A stretch of 53,392 bases of DNA, taken from contig JARQWU010000041.1 of NCBI GenBank assembly GCA_040182905.1, positions 1 to 53,392 of the forward strand, read 5' to 3'. Source of the stretch: Barthelona sp. PAP020. Taxonomy: Eukaryota. Below are positions 9,847 to 21,062 of this stretch, piece by piece. The notes under the pieces are model-generated. The model was not told where the DNA came from. It worked only from the letters and a program-made list of their open reading frames with translations, and did no database searches. A program made the translations under genes and the position numbers. Positions within the stretch are counted from its first letter, which is position 1; every line of letters begins with the position of its first letter.

Positions 9847-12336
9847 TCAAGAAACTTCTTTAATATATTTTAAAGTATCAGCTGTTTGTCTTTTTGACCT
9901 TTGAGAATTTGAATACGAAGACTTTCTAGTACTCCAAGGCAAATTTGCTTTGTTTCTTTTTGAAGGGCTATTGCTTCCAATTGAATTGGTAGAACTTGAA
10001 TTATTCAACGCAATTAATGGCATTGTAAACTGAGTTTTTCCTTGTTGATAATTTTCGGCTGAAGAATCCTCGTTATTTGAAGAAAGAGGTGAATTAGCCT
10101 CATCATTTAGATTATCAACATTTTGAGAATACAATTCAACGCTAGTATAGTCATTTTCTTCTTCCTCTCTAATAGCAAGGTCATCAGTCAATATTCTTTC
10201 TACACTATCACTAACTAGTTGAAATTCTCTTTCCAATGCAATTTCTTGCTCTGTTTTTCTTAAAGACATTATGGCATTTTTTTTATCTTCTTCTATTGTG
10301 CTCTTGGGCTTGTTCTTATTGTTACTCTTTAATAATAGCTTATTTTTATCAACAGGAGGATTAAAACTTTTGGATGGTTTTTTTGCACTATTCTTTTTCT
10401 TTTCATTTTTTGATATATTTTTTAATGGAGACTTAATTGACTTTTCAACACTATTCTTATTATCTTTTACACTGTCTTTCGGTTCTTTAATAACATTGTT
10501 ACCAGTGTCATGGTCAATTTTTCCCAATCCCTCCTTTAACTTTTTCTTTCTTTGTTTTGTAGAACTTTTGTTTGAATTCTCTTCTTCATTCGTGTTGCTT
10601 TTGTTCAAATTTTTTTTCTTGTTCTTTTTGTTTATTTTGTTAAAATCATACTTTTCTGCCAATTCAATGAATCTTTGTTCAATTTCTGAGTCAATAAAAT
10701 CTCTCAACTCATCTTTGGTATCTACAATTGCCTTCGGAAAACCGTTATTTCTATAATTGAAATCATTGATCGATGAAATTTCATCTAAGCTATTCCCACC
10801 GCTATTTCTACCATTCTCATACGTTGAAGGGGATATCAAAGGTTGCAGATTAGTCTGAAAATCAACACTATCTCTTTGATATGATGAAGGTTGCATATGA
10901 CCAAAAGGAGGAGTATTAGGCAGTTGTAATCTTGGTGCTATATTTTGATGACGATTTTCAAACAGAGTTGTTGTGCTTGAATGATTCGAATATGCAGAAT
11001 TGGGTGGAAAGTCTTGTTTTAATGGTGAAGAAACTTGTTGTCTAGTACCAGAAGGAACTCTCAACAGATTGTTATCTTGCAGAATACGTTCGTAGTGTTT
11101 CAGTTGCTTAGAAAGTTCTGCAATTCTTTCATCTCGTGGATCTTGATATGATTTCTTCAATTCAGTGGTGATTGAATGTGCAATAGATGCATATCTCAAT
11201 GTTCCAAGGGTTTCATCGAGATATAGACGAACAGGAGAGAGACATGCAATCATATGCACACATGCATTACGACTGATCATACATTCTGAAACTAATTTGG
11301 TTAAGGCTGAATCTCTAATGGGTGCATGAGGACCCTTTTTAGGATTTGCAAGTGATGTAAGAACCTTACCAAGGGTGCTCAAACTCTTATTGATAGAATT
11401 TGCTTCTTGAAGCATTGTTCCATCTGTTTCAGTATATCTGTATCTCTCTGAACCAGCAAGATCTATGAACATTATTTTAGACTGTAAGTTTTCATCCTCA
11501 TTTTGAACTTTTAGACGAATTTCGCAAATCATGTGAGAACGTGAAGAGTCCGAATTTAGTTTATGTGAAGCTGTGGTACGATTTCGAACTGCCTGATACA
11601 TTAAAAGTAACATATCATTTACATTTACACATTCAACAATCGTGGCTCCTTCAGCAAAAAATGCCTGTTTCTTTGCGTCATAACGGACATTTAAGTTAGT
11701 ATCTTGAGTCATATTTAAAAGGTCAAAGACATATTCATTGTACACTTCTAAAGCAGAAAAAGAAATTTGAACTTGATAATTTCTAGCTTCTTGAATCCTT
11801 CGAGCCAATGAATAGAATAAATATCTGGCTGACCGGAACATTATCCCATCTTCATTCAAAGTCGTTGTAATATCTCGTTTCTGGTGAAATGAAGTTTCTG
11901 GACCACACATTGTATATGTCTTTCCACTTGAGGTTTGACCATAGGCAAAAATTGCAGCATTATACCCAGACAAAGCACGATGCATCAAGGAAGGAATTCC
12001 AGCCTCTTCAAATAATTGTTCTTGAAATGTAGAAGGACCAAAACTATGTGTAAATACATATTCTCTATCATGACCACCAACAGAAGGCGTCAAAATACAA
12101 TTATCTTTTATTTGTAAAACTTCTTCAGCTTCTTTTGGAGATAGTGTTTTTTCATGGTCTGTCAAAGGTCTTATTCTTGCAGTAACATGATATACATCGT
12201 AAGTACGAGTGGTGGTTTTCGTAGAAATGGTAGAAGTAGAAGAAATAGGTCGACTTGAAGAAGGCAACGATATCGATTGCTTTCTTTGCATGGCAACTGA
12301 TTGCCTCCGTCTTACATTTGGCGATCTCGAAACCAT
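9847..12336 (-). CDS. Kinesin motor protein (N-terminal motor; possibly KIF12/kinesin-16-like)
   Basis: P-loop AYGQTSSGKT, switch I NSDSSRSH, switch II DLAGSE, and HAPIRDSALT. Confidence 0.92.
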   Translation of the reverse strand: MVSRSPNVRRRQSVAMQRKQSISLPSSSRPISSTSTISTKTTTRTYDVYHVTARIRPLTDHEKTLSPKEAEEVLQIKDNCILTPSVGGHDREYVFTHSFGPSTFQEQLFEEAGIPSLMHRALSGYNAAIFAYGQTSSGKTYTMCGPETSFHQKRDITTTLNEDGIMFRSARYLFYSLARRIQEARNYQVQISFSALEVYNEYVFDLLNMTQDTNLNVRYDAKKQAFFAEGATIVECVNVNDMLLLMYQAVRNRTTASHKLNSDSSRSHMICEIRLKVQNEDENLQSKIMFIDLAGSERYRYTETDGTMLQEANSINKSLSTLGKVLTSLANPKKGPHAPIRDSALTKLVSECMISRNACVHMIACLSPVRLYLDETLGTLRYASIAHSITTELKKSYQDPRDERIAELSKQLKHYERILQDNNLLRVPSGTRQQVSSPLKQDFPPNSAYSNHSSTTTLFENRHQNIAPRLQLPNTPPFGHMQPSSYQRDSVDFQTNLQPLISPSTYENGRNSGGNSLDEISSINDFNYRNNGFPKAIVDTKDELRDFIDSEIEQRFIELAEKYDFNKINKKNKKKNLNKSNTNEEENSNKSSTKQRKKKLKEGLGKIDHDTGNNVIKEPKDSVKDNKNSVEKSIKSPLKNISKNEKKKNSAKKPSKSFNPPVDKNKLLLKSNNKNKPKSTIEEDKKNAIMSLRKTEQEIALEREFQLVSDSVERILTDDLAIREEEENDYTSVELYSQNVDNLNDEANSPLSSNNEDSSAENYQQGKTQFTMPLIALNNSSSTNSIGSNSPSKRNKANLPWSTRKSSYSNSQRSKRQTADTLKYIKEVS

Positions 12337-12698
12337 AAACAAAATTGAAAGAATTTTGATTTTTTTTTTTTAAATTGTTTTTTCAAATTGAATTTATCCT
12401 TTTAATATTTTTACTTGAGTTGATGTGGAAATAAATAGGAAAGAAATTATTGATTTGTTTTTTGAGGGGCAAAAATGAGAAGATGGATTTTTCCATTCTT
12501 TTCAATTGTCTTTAGAAAAGGAAAAATAATACTAATATTCTTTCTTTTGACTTTTAATCAAAACAGTTTTTGAAAAAAATAAATTAAACATTTATGAAAC
12601 AGATATATTAATTTGAGTTTCTTGAACTGTTACTTTTGTGATGTAATTATTGTTATTTTCGATAATATTTCTTAAATATAGAAAACAAAGAAACTTTG

Positions 12699-14429
12699 TC
12701 AATAATATTTGCTGTAATATTTTCTGGCAAACTTGTAATATTCTTTGTCCCATTTTTTTTGAATTTTATTCATGTAATAATAATCGACAACTTCAAAACG
12801 AGACTTACCTTCAATATCTTTGGCAATACTAAAGAAGTTTTTGAATAAACTTTGGTCTTGATCCTTTAAAGCTTTGTTCATGTGTTCATGGTAACTTTCT
12901 CTAAATTTCTTTTTACATGTTTCGTCCCAATAACTGTGCCTTTTCATTGCAAGTAGTACTTCCAATTCCGGGTTTTCAATCTTTAAAGGTTTCTCTTTGA
13001 ATCGATCTCTACGTTTCCACAGGTATTCTGGATGTCTTACCATTGGTGGTGTTGGTGCCATTTTATTTGTGAAGTAATCTCTGTCGATCATAACATATGA
13101 GGTTTCCAAAGGTCCCAACCATTGATTATCCGTATCATCCATCAATTCAAAGACTTTATCATTGACAATCAAAGGTGGTTCTTCTGAACGTTTAAGATTT
13201 ACACATGTTCCTTCTCTGTCTTTTATAAATTCTAGATATATTCTGCGATTTTCCTTATATTCATCAATAATGGCATTATCATGAGCTTTCAAACGCAAAT
13301 AATCACTTTGCATGATATTAAAGAGATTATCTTTAATTTTAAAATTAATTTCGAAGTTTTTTTTTGCTAAAACAGCAAAATTACTCTTTACTTTTTCTGT
13401 ATTTTTCTTTTGGGTGTTTAACCACTCAATTGATAACGACCTTGGTGATGATAATTTGGAGACTATGTTATTGTAATCTTCTGAAAAGACTATCCCTTTA
13501 TTTTCCTTCTTTAAATTGGTGCAACTTAATTTTGCCTGCTTAAAAACCAAAGAATGTGACAAATAAGCATTTTGACCATTTTCGTAATATATTTCCTGTA
13601 TATTATCTTCATAAGGTGTATTTAAATGACTAATCCAAATTAATTTTGTTTTTCTCCGTTTGGAGTCATAAAGCTTATCACCACTCATTTCTGCTTTCAA
13701 AATTTGTTCCTGTTGATTGAAATTATCAACTTCTTCAACAGCTTTTGCCACAATAGCTTCAATACTTTCAATTTCTTTGTCAATTTCATCAATTCGTTTT
13801 TCTGTTTCATTTTCAATTTCTGGTAATGGTTCTTTTTTCATTAAATTATTGGTAATGGAAGGCCCATGTTTACGATCATTCCGCCTTTGATCATATTCAG
13901 AAACATAGTTAGATTTTTCCCCATTTCGTTTGTTGTAAAATTGTTTGTCTTTATATTGCTGATGTGTTTTTGAATAGAATTTGTTGTATGGTCTTTTATG
14001 TTTAGGTCCATAATATCCTTTATGACTTTTATATTGATGAGAATGATCAATATTTTGGTCTTCAAAATAGTCTGATTTATTAAAGTTTTGGGATTTTTTT
14101 TGGAAAAACTTTTCTTTAGAATATTCATTTTGTGAATGAAATTCAGATGGCGGTAGTTTTTGGTAATCTTTGTTACAAAATCCTTTGTTATATGATCTGT
14201 TTTCAGAATCATCTTTTTTATAATCATGAAATTTCTTTGAATAGTGATATTTCTTGTTAAATCTGTCCGTATTTGAGTCCTCTTTGTCATAATTAGTATA
14301 CTTCTGGTGATTATTTTTGTAAAAATTATCGAATTTGCCCTTATTTCGATAAAATTTCTTTTGTTCAAAACGATCGTCAAATCTGTTGGAGTTGCTGTTA
14401 TTATAATTGTTACTGTTGTTACTGCTCAT
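12699..14429 (-). CDS. SANT-domain protein, NCoR/Snt1-like
   Basis: C-terminal SANT (WDETCKKKF...KNFFSIAKDIEGKSRFEVVDYYYMNK). Low-complexity N/K/Y-rich N-terminus and a coiled coil. Confidence 0.6.
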   Translation of the reverse strand: MSSNNSNNYNNSNSNRFDDRFEQKKFYRNKGKFDNFYKNNHQKYTNYDKEDSNTDRFNKKYHYSKKFHDYKKDDSENRSYNKGFCNKDYQKLPPSEFHSQNEYSKEKFFQKKSQNFNKSDYFEDQNIDHSHQYKSHKGYYGPKHKRPYNKFYSKTHQQYKDKQFYNKRNGEKSNYVSEYDQRRNDRKHGPSITNNLMKKEPLPEIENETEKRIDEIDKEIESIEAIVAKAVEEVDNFNQQEQILKAEMSGDKLYDSKRRKTKLIWISHLNTPYEDNIQEIYYENGQNAYLSHSLVFKQAKLSCTNLKKENKGIVFSEDYNNIVSKLSSPRSLSIEWLNTQKKNTEKVKSNFAVLAKKNFEINFKIKDNLFNIMQSDYLRLKAHDNAIIDEYKENRRIYLEFIKDREGTCVNLKRSEEPPLIVNDKVFELMDDTDNQWLGPLETSYVMIDRDYFTNKMAPTPPMVRHPEYLWKRRDRFKEKPLKIENPELEVLLAMKRHSYWDETCKKKFRESYHEHMNKALKDQDQSLFKNFFSIAKDIEGKSRFEVVDYYYMNKIQKKWDKEYYKFARKYYSKYY

Positions 14430-14548
14430 TTTTTCAAATTGGACATCATATTTTTGACAAAAATTCTATAAAGAAAAAACAATCAAAGGTAAAAACTACC
14501 GTCTTTTACGAAAACTCCAATTAAAGCGAATGAAATATACTAAAGCAT

Positions 14549-14923
14549 TTAAGCACGGTGAGTACGAAGAACAACAGCGAGTTCAGCACGTTTGGCAAGA
14601 GCACGGTTGTGTGTTCCCATCTAAAAAGTTAGTAAAAAGACAATAAATATAAAAATACTTTCTTCTTAAGATAACGAAGGGCAGTTCTTTCCTTTCCAAG
14701 CTTGAGCAATTCAATAACATGACGTTCATAAGTGGCAAAACCAGAAACTTCACGAGCAACTTCACGGACGAATTTAACACGCTTAGTAGATTTCTACAAA
14801 GTTAGACAAATATTAAATGAACAAATTAAATACACCTTTGGAACGGTTGTGTTTGGGGGCAATTTCAATAGGATCAACAATATGACCAGCATTTAAACCG
14901 AAGGCGAGACCAGATTTAACCAT
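14549..14923 (-). CDS. RPL36: 60S ribosomal protein eL36; three exons (14923-14834, 14793-14659, 14620-14549)
   Basis: Splicing GT-AG introns 14833-14794 (40 nt) and 14658-14621 (38 nt), both with CTAAC, gives 98 aa: MVKSGLAFGLNAGH...FVREVAREVSGFATYERHVIELLK...MGTHNRALAKRAEL. Absent from the ORF track. Confidence 0.95.
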
Positions 14924-15018
14924 AATATGCTTTGAGTATTCGAAAAGAATAGGAATAAAGGGAAAAAATTTTTTTTTTTCCAAACTTTTCAATTTTGTTC
15001 CATTGAGAAATAGGTTAG

Positions 15019-16785
15019 ATGTCGCTTAAACAGATAACAGCAGCAAATGGGATAAAGGCTTATGATCTTTCCAACCCTATTTTAAACCCTGAATTTATAT
15101 CCGAATTGTTAAAAAGACAGAATCGAAAAAAAGATGCTTACACCGAAGATTTACAACTGATTCAAGATTTTGAATGCCCTGTTGCCACCAATGATATACT
15201 TTACAGTGATGATGGTTCTCATATTTTGATAACTGGAGTTTATCCTCCACAATTAAGATGTTTTGAGACTGAAGAATTGTCTAGAAAATTTTTACGTGGC
15301 GTTGACAGTGAAATATTGCGGATTTGTTCTCTTAGTGGTGATTGGAGGAAATTGGCTTTTTTACATGTTGATAGATATATTGAAATACATACTGGCAATG
15401 GTTTGCACCATAAATTAAGAGTTCCTCATGAAGGAAGGGATTTAGCTTATTTACCATCAACTTGTGATTTGTATTGTGCTGCCGCATCAAATGAAGTATA
15501 TAGAATTAATTTAGAAGAAGGAAGATTCATGAAATCTTTATTTCTTGAGGCTCCTGAGGCTACTTGTATTGAAATCTCAAAAGTTCATAACTTGATTGCA
15601 GTTGGAACTATCAATAACACTGTTGAATTTTTTGACCCAAGAATTCAGGAAAAATTATGTGAAATATCTTTGGATGGGTTTTGGCCAAGTAATAGTGAGA
15701 TCTCATCTTTGTGTTTTCACTCTAATGGTCTCCAAATAGCTATTGGTGGTTCTTTGGGCAATGTTAGTCTTTTTGATTTGCGTTCCAACAAGCCTTTATG
15801 GACAAAAGAACATGGTTATGATTCACCTGTTTGTCATATGAAATGGCATAAAGAATTGTTATTGAGTATTGATTCGTATGGTTTACGTATTTGGAATAAA
15901 AATGGCAGTCTTTTTACAGTATTGGAAACACCTTCACAGCCAAGACGAATTGAATGTCGAGAAACTGATGGTATTGTATTTATTGCTGGAGAATGTCCAC
16001 GAGTAATGGCCTATTATTTCCCCGCCTTAGGGTTTGCCCCCTCTTGGTGCAGTTATTTGGAAGGTGTAACTGAAGAATTGGGTGATGAGACGCCTATGTA
16101 CACAAATTACATGTTTGTCACTGAAGAAGATATCATTAGACTTGGATTAACTTCACTATTGGGGGATTCAACATTATTAAAACCATATATGCATGGGTTT
16201 TACATAGATAGAGCTCTTTATGAAAAAGTGTCACTTGAAAATAAAACATACAGTGAAGAAGAATTGAGATTACATGAAATCACAAAACGATTGAAAAAAG
16301 AGCGTTCTCAACACATTTCCTCTCGTAGAAAGAACATCAGAAGGATTGCCAATGTCAATGTTGATGTTGACGAAGAAGATTCTGATGTTGATGTTGCCAA
16401 TGAAGAGACTGTGGATCCCAGATTTGCCGAACTATTCAATGACCCAAGTTACACAATAAATTCACAGAGTGATGATGATGAAAATGACACATATCAACAA
16501 CTACAAATTGGTAATAATGCGGATGAAGGTGAAAGTGATGAAGATTCTGATATGGGCTTGTTCAACCTTGCAGGTGACAGTGATTCAGAATCTGAAGCTG
16601 AAGAATTAGCTGCACCTATGAATAAAAGAAAAGCTAAGAAGGTAAAGATTCATCAAATGAATACAGATGTATTGGAATCAAAATCAACCAGTGAAGAAAG
16701 ATCTTTACCATTAAGTGAACGTATCAAAAATAACAAGGAAAAGAACGCCAGAAGATCTGGAGAAATGTCTTTCACAATTGAATAA
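15019..16785 (+). CDS. NOL10: Nucleolar protein 10 / Enp2 (WD40)
   Basis: LIQDFE, TGVYPPQ, LGFAPSWCSYLEGVTEEL, YMHGFYID and DPRFAELF motifs. Confidence 0.93.
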   Translation: MSLKQITAANGIKAYDLSNPILNPEFISELLKRQNRKKDAYTEDLQLIQDFECPVATNDILYSDDGSHILITGVYPPQLRCFETEELSRKFLRGVDSEILRICSLSGDWRKLAFLHVDRYIEIHTGNGLHHKLRVPHEGRDLAYLPSTCDLYCAAASNEVYRINLEEGRFMKSLFLEAPEATCIEISKVHNLIAVGTINNTVEFFDPRIQEKLCEISLDGFWPSNSEISSLCFHSNGLQIAIGGSLGNVSLFDLRSNKPLWTKEHGYDSPVCHMKWHKELLLSIDSYGLRIWNKNGSLFTVLETPSQPRRIECRETDGIVFIAGECPRVMAYYFPALGFAPSWCSYLEGVTEELGDETPMYTNYMFVTEEDIIRLGLTSLLGDSTLLKPYMHGFYIDRALYEKVSLENKTYSEEELRLHEITKRLKKERSQHISSRRKNIRRIANVNVDVDEEDSDVDVANEETVDPRFAELFNDPSYTINSQSDDDENDTYQQLQIGNNADEGESDEDSDMGLFNLAGDSDSESEAEELAAPMNKRKAKKVKIHQMNTDVLESKSTSEERSLPLSERIKNNKEKNARRSGEMSFTIE

Positions 16786-16842
16786 TGATATTGCGGAATA
16801 GTTTATATAAAATAATAGTCTTTTTTATTTGACAAAGCAGAT

Positions 16843-17178
16843 TCAAATTTTGTTCATTTCAATTAATATGAAATTTTCATCATATGCTGCCAAAATTTGT
16901 TTACAATCTGCATTTTTTTCAATATAGGAACACATATAATCATAATCAAATGAATGATAAACCGAAAATAAATGATAGTGAACTTCTTTTTGCATCGATT
17001 CATTTATTGTTCTTAAAATTCTTTTGTGTTGATTAAAATCGATAACTTTTTCTTGTTGCAATTGGACTATTTGTGTTAATTTTTCAACTTTTATTTGAAT
17101 CAACTGATTTCGTAATTTTTGCACTTCATTGTCAAATTCTTCTTGAATTTCATTGATTTCTGGACTTTTTTTTTGCAT
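16843..17178 (-). CDS. Small coiled-coil hypothetical protein
   Basis: 111-aa ATG-initiated ORF with protein-like composition, convergent with NOL10. Confidence 0.5.
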   Translation of the reverse strand: MQKKSPEINEIQEEFDNEVQKLRNQLIQIKVEKLTQIVQLQQEKVIDFNQHKRILRTINESMQKEVHYHLFSVYHSFDYDYMCSYIEKNADCKQILAAYDENFILIEMNKI

Positions 17179-17443
17179 TTATTTTCTTTTTTGAAAAATT
17201 AAGCAAAAATAAAAAAGAAATGAACTGACTCTTTCCCTCTCTGATGAAAACCTGAATCCTTTATTATTTAAGAATAAATAAATATCAATAAAACATTTAA
17301 TTAATTGATCTTTATTCAAAAAAATTAAAGAAAAAAAGAAAAACAATAAACCGTTTATAAAAATTTAAGAATATTTCTTCAGAAATAATTTATAGTTGAT
17401 AAAAACAATAAAGTAGCCGCAAAAAATGAAAAAAAAATCAATA

Positions 17444-18727
17444 TTATGCATTATCTCTTTTTAAATCATGGTCTTTATCATCAAAAAGTGTCTCTTTCCC
17501 TAATTTTATTAATTTTTCTTGATATAGAGCTTGACGCTTTGGTTTTTTAGATAAATAAGGTGGTGGTGGAATATTTTCTCTAATTCTCTTTTCCAATTGT
17601 TCAACGCTCGTTTTAAAATCTTCTAATTCCCTACCTCTGGCTATAATATCTCTTAGGTCATGATGATAATCAAGAACTTCACCAATAAAATTACCATTTT
17701 CATCAAAAACTAGTTCAATTTCCTTTTCAGTTTCGTTTATTCCTGCAACCCTATCTGCTGAAGGATATAAATATCTTCCCAAAATATCTAAAATATGAGC
17801 ACGAATTGACTTAATTGCAAAAGGATATTTGGTACAAATATCCAACATGTAATAAACCATTTCAAATCTGTCTGTTTCTTCTTCTGTATAAATGCTAATT
17901 GCAGGGTTATGATTCATTCCTGTTCCAATCATTACACCAGCACTATTGGTGTATTCCATTACATCCTTAATATGTTCTTTCAAATGAATACCACCATTTG
18001 CAACAACAGGGATATTTAAAGCTTCAACAACAGCTTTTATGTATTCATATTTAACAGTTGATCTGTCATGATGTGATTTGATTGATTTATCCCGGCCATG
18101 AACAAACAAAAGTTGACATCCAGCACTTTCCAACATCTTTGCAAAATTGACAGTGTCATTCAAATCTGGAAAAATGCGTATTTTGCATGTAACAGGAACC
18201 TTCAAATGTTTGTGCAATTTGTTAACAATTCTACCACATAATGGCCAATTAGATGCTAAATGAGCTCCATAACCGCCTCTAGAAGCAATTCTTTGAGGAC
18301 AACCAAAATTAACATCAATCGCATCGCATCTATCTTCAAACACTTGAGCAGCCCTTAACATTTTATCAGGATCATATCCAGCAATTTGCGTAATTAACGG
18401 TCTGTCACAAGAATCATCTTCCAATTCAGGAAACCAATATTGAATAAATGACACCAAATTTAATTTCTTTTCAGTGGGTAAATTTTCTTTTCCACGGTCA
18501 AAATTTGAAGAGTTTAACATGGGTGTAACACAAACATCACAACCATATTTACGAACTAAGATTCGATAAATCAAATCAGATTTGGCAACCATAGGAGCTA
18601 AAAATGTTTTGGGAGCTTTTAAAGTTTGATTGTAAAAATCCCAAGAACCCAATTTTTCATAATCAGTGGTTAAATCAAAATCACTCAAAATAGTATGATC
18701 AATTATTGGTGGTTCTCCTTTTCCCAT
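17444..18727 (-). CDS. DUS1: tRNA-dihydrouridine synthase (DUS1-like)
   Basis: LAPMV, DRPLITQ, catalytic NFGCPQ, VTCKIR, VHGR and ANGGI motifs. Confidence 0.88.
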   Translation of the reverse strand: MGKGEPPIIDHTILSDFDLTTDYEKLGSWDFYNQTLKAPKTFLAPMVAKSDLIYRILVRKYGCDVCVTPMLNSSNFDRGKENLPTEKKLNLVSFIQYWFPELEDDSCDRPLITQIAGYDPDKMLRAAQVFEDRCDAIDVNFGCPQRIASRGGYGAHLASNWPLCGRIVNKLHKHLKVPVTCKIRIFPDLNDTVNFAKMLESAGCQLLFVHGRDKSIKSHHDRSTVKYEYIKAVVEALNIPVVANGGIHLKEHIKDVMEYTNSAGVMIGTGMNHNPAISIYTEEETDRFEMVYYMLDICTKYPFAIKSIRAHILDILGRYLYPSADRVAGINETEKEIELVFDENGNFIGEVLDYHHDLRDIIARGRELEDFKTSVEQLEKRIRENIPPPPYLSKKPKRQALYQEKLIKLGKETLFDDKDHDLKRDNA

Positions 18728-18877
18728 TAATTTAACTATTAATAAATAGAAAAACAAATTATAAATAAAAAAAGTTTCAATATTTTGTAAATATCAAAAC
18801 AGACAAATGAACAAAAAATAGGTGATACCTTTTATATGCGTCAAATAATTCGAGGGTCAAAAATCAAAAAACTAATC

Positions 18878-19447
18878 TTACATAGCTTCTTCTTCTTCTT
18901 CAACTTCTTGAGTTCCTTTGTGACGACGAGAAATACGACCATAACGACCAGAATTTTCAGAAGAAGTGAAAGAAATATCAATACCGTTTTCATTCTTAAC
19001 ACGAACCATGAAAGAAGGAACATTGACAGTTTGACGACCAACACGAATGTGTCCTTGGCGAATCTTAACACGAGATTCATGAATAGAATCGGCAATGTTG
19101 TTCTTAAAAACAAGAGTTTGAAGACGACGATCAAGGAGGTTTTCAACACCAAGAGAAAGAACAGCATCAAGAGTGTTCTTAGATTCATCTAAAATACCAT
19201 AGTTGTGAAGACGACGAAGCAAAGCTGCACCTTCAAATTGACGCTTGGGATGATCTTCGGGAAGAGTAAGAAGATTACGAGCAGCCTTACGGATCTTACC
19301 TAAAGTATATTTAACTCTGTAAACTTCACGTTTGTTCTTTAAACCGAATTCACCAACTAATTGAAGTTCGGCTTTAATACGTTCTTTCTCCCAAGGACGA
19401 CGAGGAGTGGAAAATGTCTTGCTGCTATTACGCAATCTATAACCCAT
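18878..19447 (-). CDS. RPS9: 40S ribosomal protein uS4
   Basis: [27 protein letters not shown] and VNVPSFMVR motifs. Confidence 0.98.
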   Translation of the reverse strand: MGYRLRNSSKTFSTPRRPWEKERIKAELQLVGEFGLKNKREVYRVKYTLGKIRKAARNLLTLPEDHPKRQFEGAALLRRLHNYGILDESKNTLDAVLSLGVENLLDRRLQTLVFKNNIADSIHESRVKIRQGHIRVGRQTVNVPSFMVRVKNENGIDISFTSSENSGRYGRISRRHKGTQEVEEEEEAM

Positions 19448-20316
19448 ATTGTTTGACGATCAGGAAATAAATGTGGAAGAAATTTTTTTTTTTATATTTT
19501 TTGGAAAATTTGTCAAGTTTTTTTTTTTCACATCGTTTCTTTATTGGTCATCTTCTTTATTGTCAATGATTTTAATGACAGTAACACATTAAATTAATAA
19601 TTTATGGAAAGTTTTGACTTTGAATTTTTCTTTTTTTTTGTTGAGTGATCGAAGTCATATTTGTTGGGATTCTTAAATTATTTGGGTTTAAATGACTCAG
19701 TTAAAAACTGAAATTTAACATTTTTTTGTGTTTTTGGTGGGTATTTGCCAAAACAATTGTAAAAGATTAAAAACCTTCTAAAGTCCAGTTTCACAGGTAA
19801 ATGATTTAGTTTTTATTGTTTTATCGAGAAAACGAGTGTTCTTCTTAAAGAAAAGGGTGTTGTTGTTCGATTGCTTTGAAAAAAAGAAATTGATATATTT
19901 TGCGACCAATAAAATTGAAAAGTCTGATTCAGCTCCTTGTTTTATTGTTTGAACGAACAATGTACAAGTCTAGCATCCCTTTTTTTTGGTTCTGAAATTT
20001 CAAAAGTTTTTTCATAAGATTCTTGAATCTGAAACGATCAGATGCTGTTTGTTATGAAATTTTTGACTCAAGTCAGTAAATTTTTAATTTTATCTCTTTT
20101 TTCCGCAATTTGACTCTTTTTTCTGCAGGATTTGTTATTATTTCAATACATTTGATATAATAAAGCTAAAATTTCAATATTTTATTAAAACACAACAAAA
20201 GTTAAAAAAGAAGTGTTTTCTTTTTCTTAACAATGTTTTATAAAAATAAAAGCTATTTAAATGCATCAAAAGTGAAAATATTTTTGTTCTTCAAAAATAT
20301 ACTCTTTCATTTTTTT

Positions 20317-20769
20317 ATGGTACATCCAAGTTTAGATCCCGAAAGTGGTATTTCTATTATTGCTACGCCATTGGCTGGAAGCAAGTTAACAAAGAAATCG
20401 TTAAAACTTGTCAAAAAAGGTATTTATTAATTGTTTTATTCCTATTCTCACATTTTAGCCCATCAACAAAGAAAAATACACAGAGGAGTACGTGAAGTTT
20501 TAAAAGCTATTCGTAAAGGAAAAAGAGGTCTTGTAATCATTGCAGGAAATGTTTCTCCCATCGATGTCATTTCTCACATTCCCATTTTATGTCAACATAA
20601 TGAAGTGCCATATGTTTTTGTTCCCTCAAAGGAGGAATTGGGCTCTGCTGCCCAAACTAGAAAACCAACTTCTGTGATTTTAGTTGAAAAAGTTGAAAAA
20701 GATGACGAAGAACTTTACAAATATTTTAAAACGGTTAAAACTTTAATTAGGTCAAATGACATGGAATAA
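20317..20769 (+). CDS. NHP2: H/ACA snoRNP subunit Nhp2 (L7Ae family); intron 20420-20458
   Basis: A 39-nt GT-AG intron joins IATPLAGSKLTKKSLKLVKK to AHQQRKIHRGVREV. Contains SPIDVISHIP and PSKEELG. Confidence 0.93.
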
Positions 20770-21062
20770 TTAATAAAAAAATATTTTTTTTATTTTATTC
20801 AAATTTATTGAAACAATTCGGTCAAAGACAGGATAATTTTTTTGTTTAAGCCAATAATTAACTTTAAAAAGCTAAAAAAACAAAGTAAAAAGAAAAAACA
20901 CAACCCCTTATTTGATTTTTTATTTATCGTTTACAATACATAAATATTGAGATAATCGGTTCAAATCAGTTATCATACCATGTAAAAAAGAAAATTTTGC
21001 GAAAAAAATCCAACAGCACAATTTCCTGCATGTTTTAACTTATTATTTTTAATTTTTAACAA

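Noticed and set aside
10271..10756. Long antisense or alternative-frame ORFs (e.g. 10271-10756, 13841-14380, 18836-19192, 42021-42344)
   Set aside because: Shadow ORFs of real genes or T-rich low-complexity sequence, mostly with non-ATG starts or biased composition.
19778..20070. Coding-like minus-strand stretch between RPS9 and NHP2
   Set aside because: No ATG-initiated ORF of useful length and no recognisable motif; cannot be supported as a gene.
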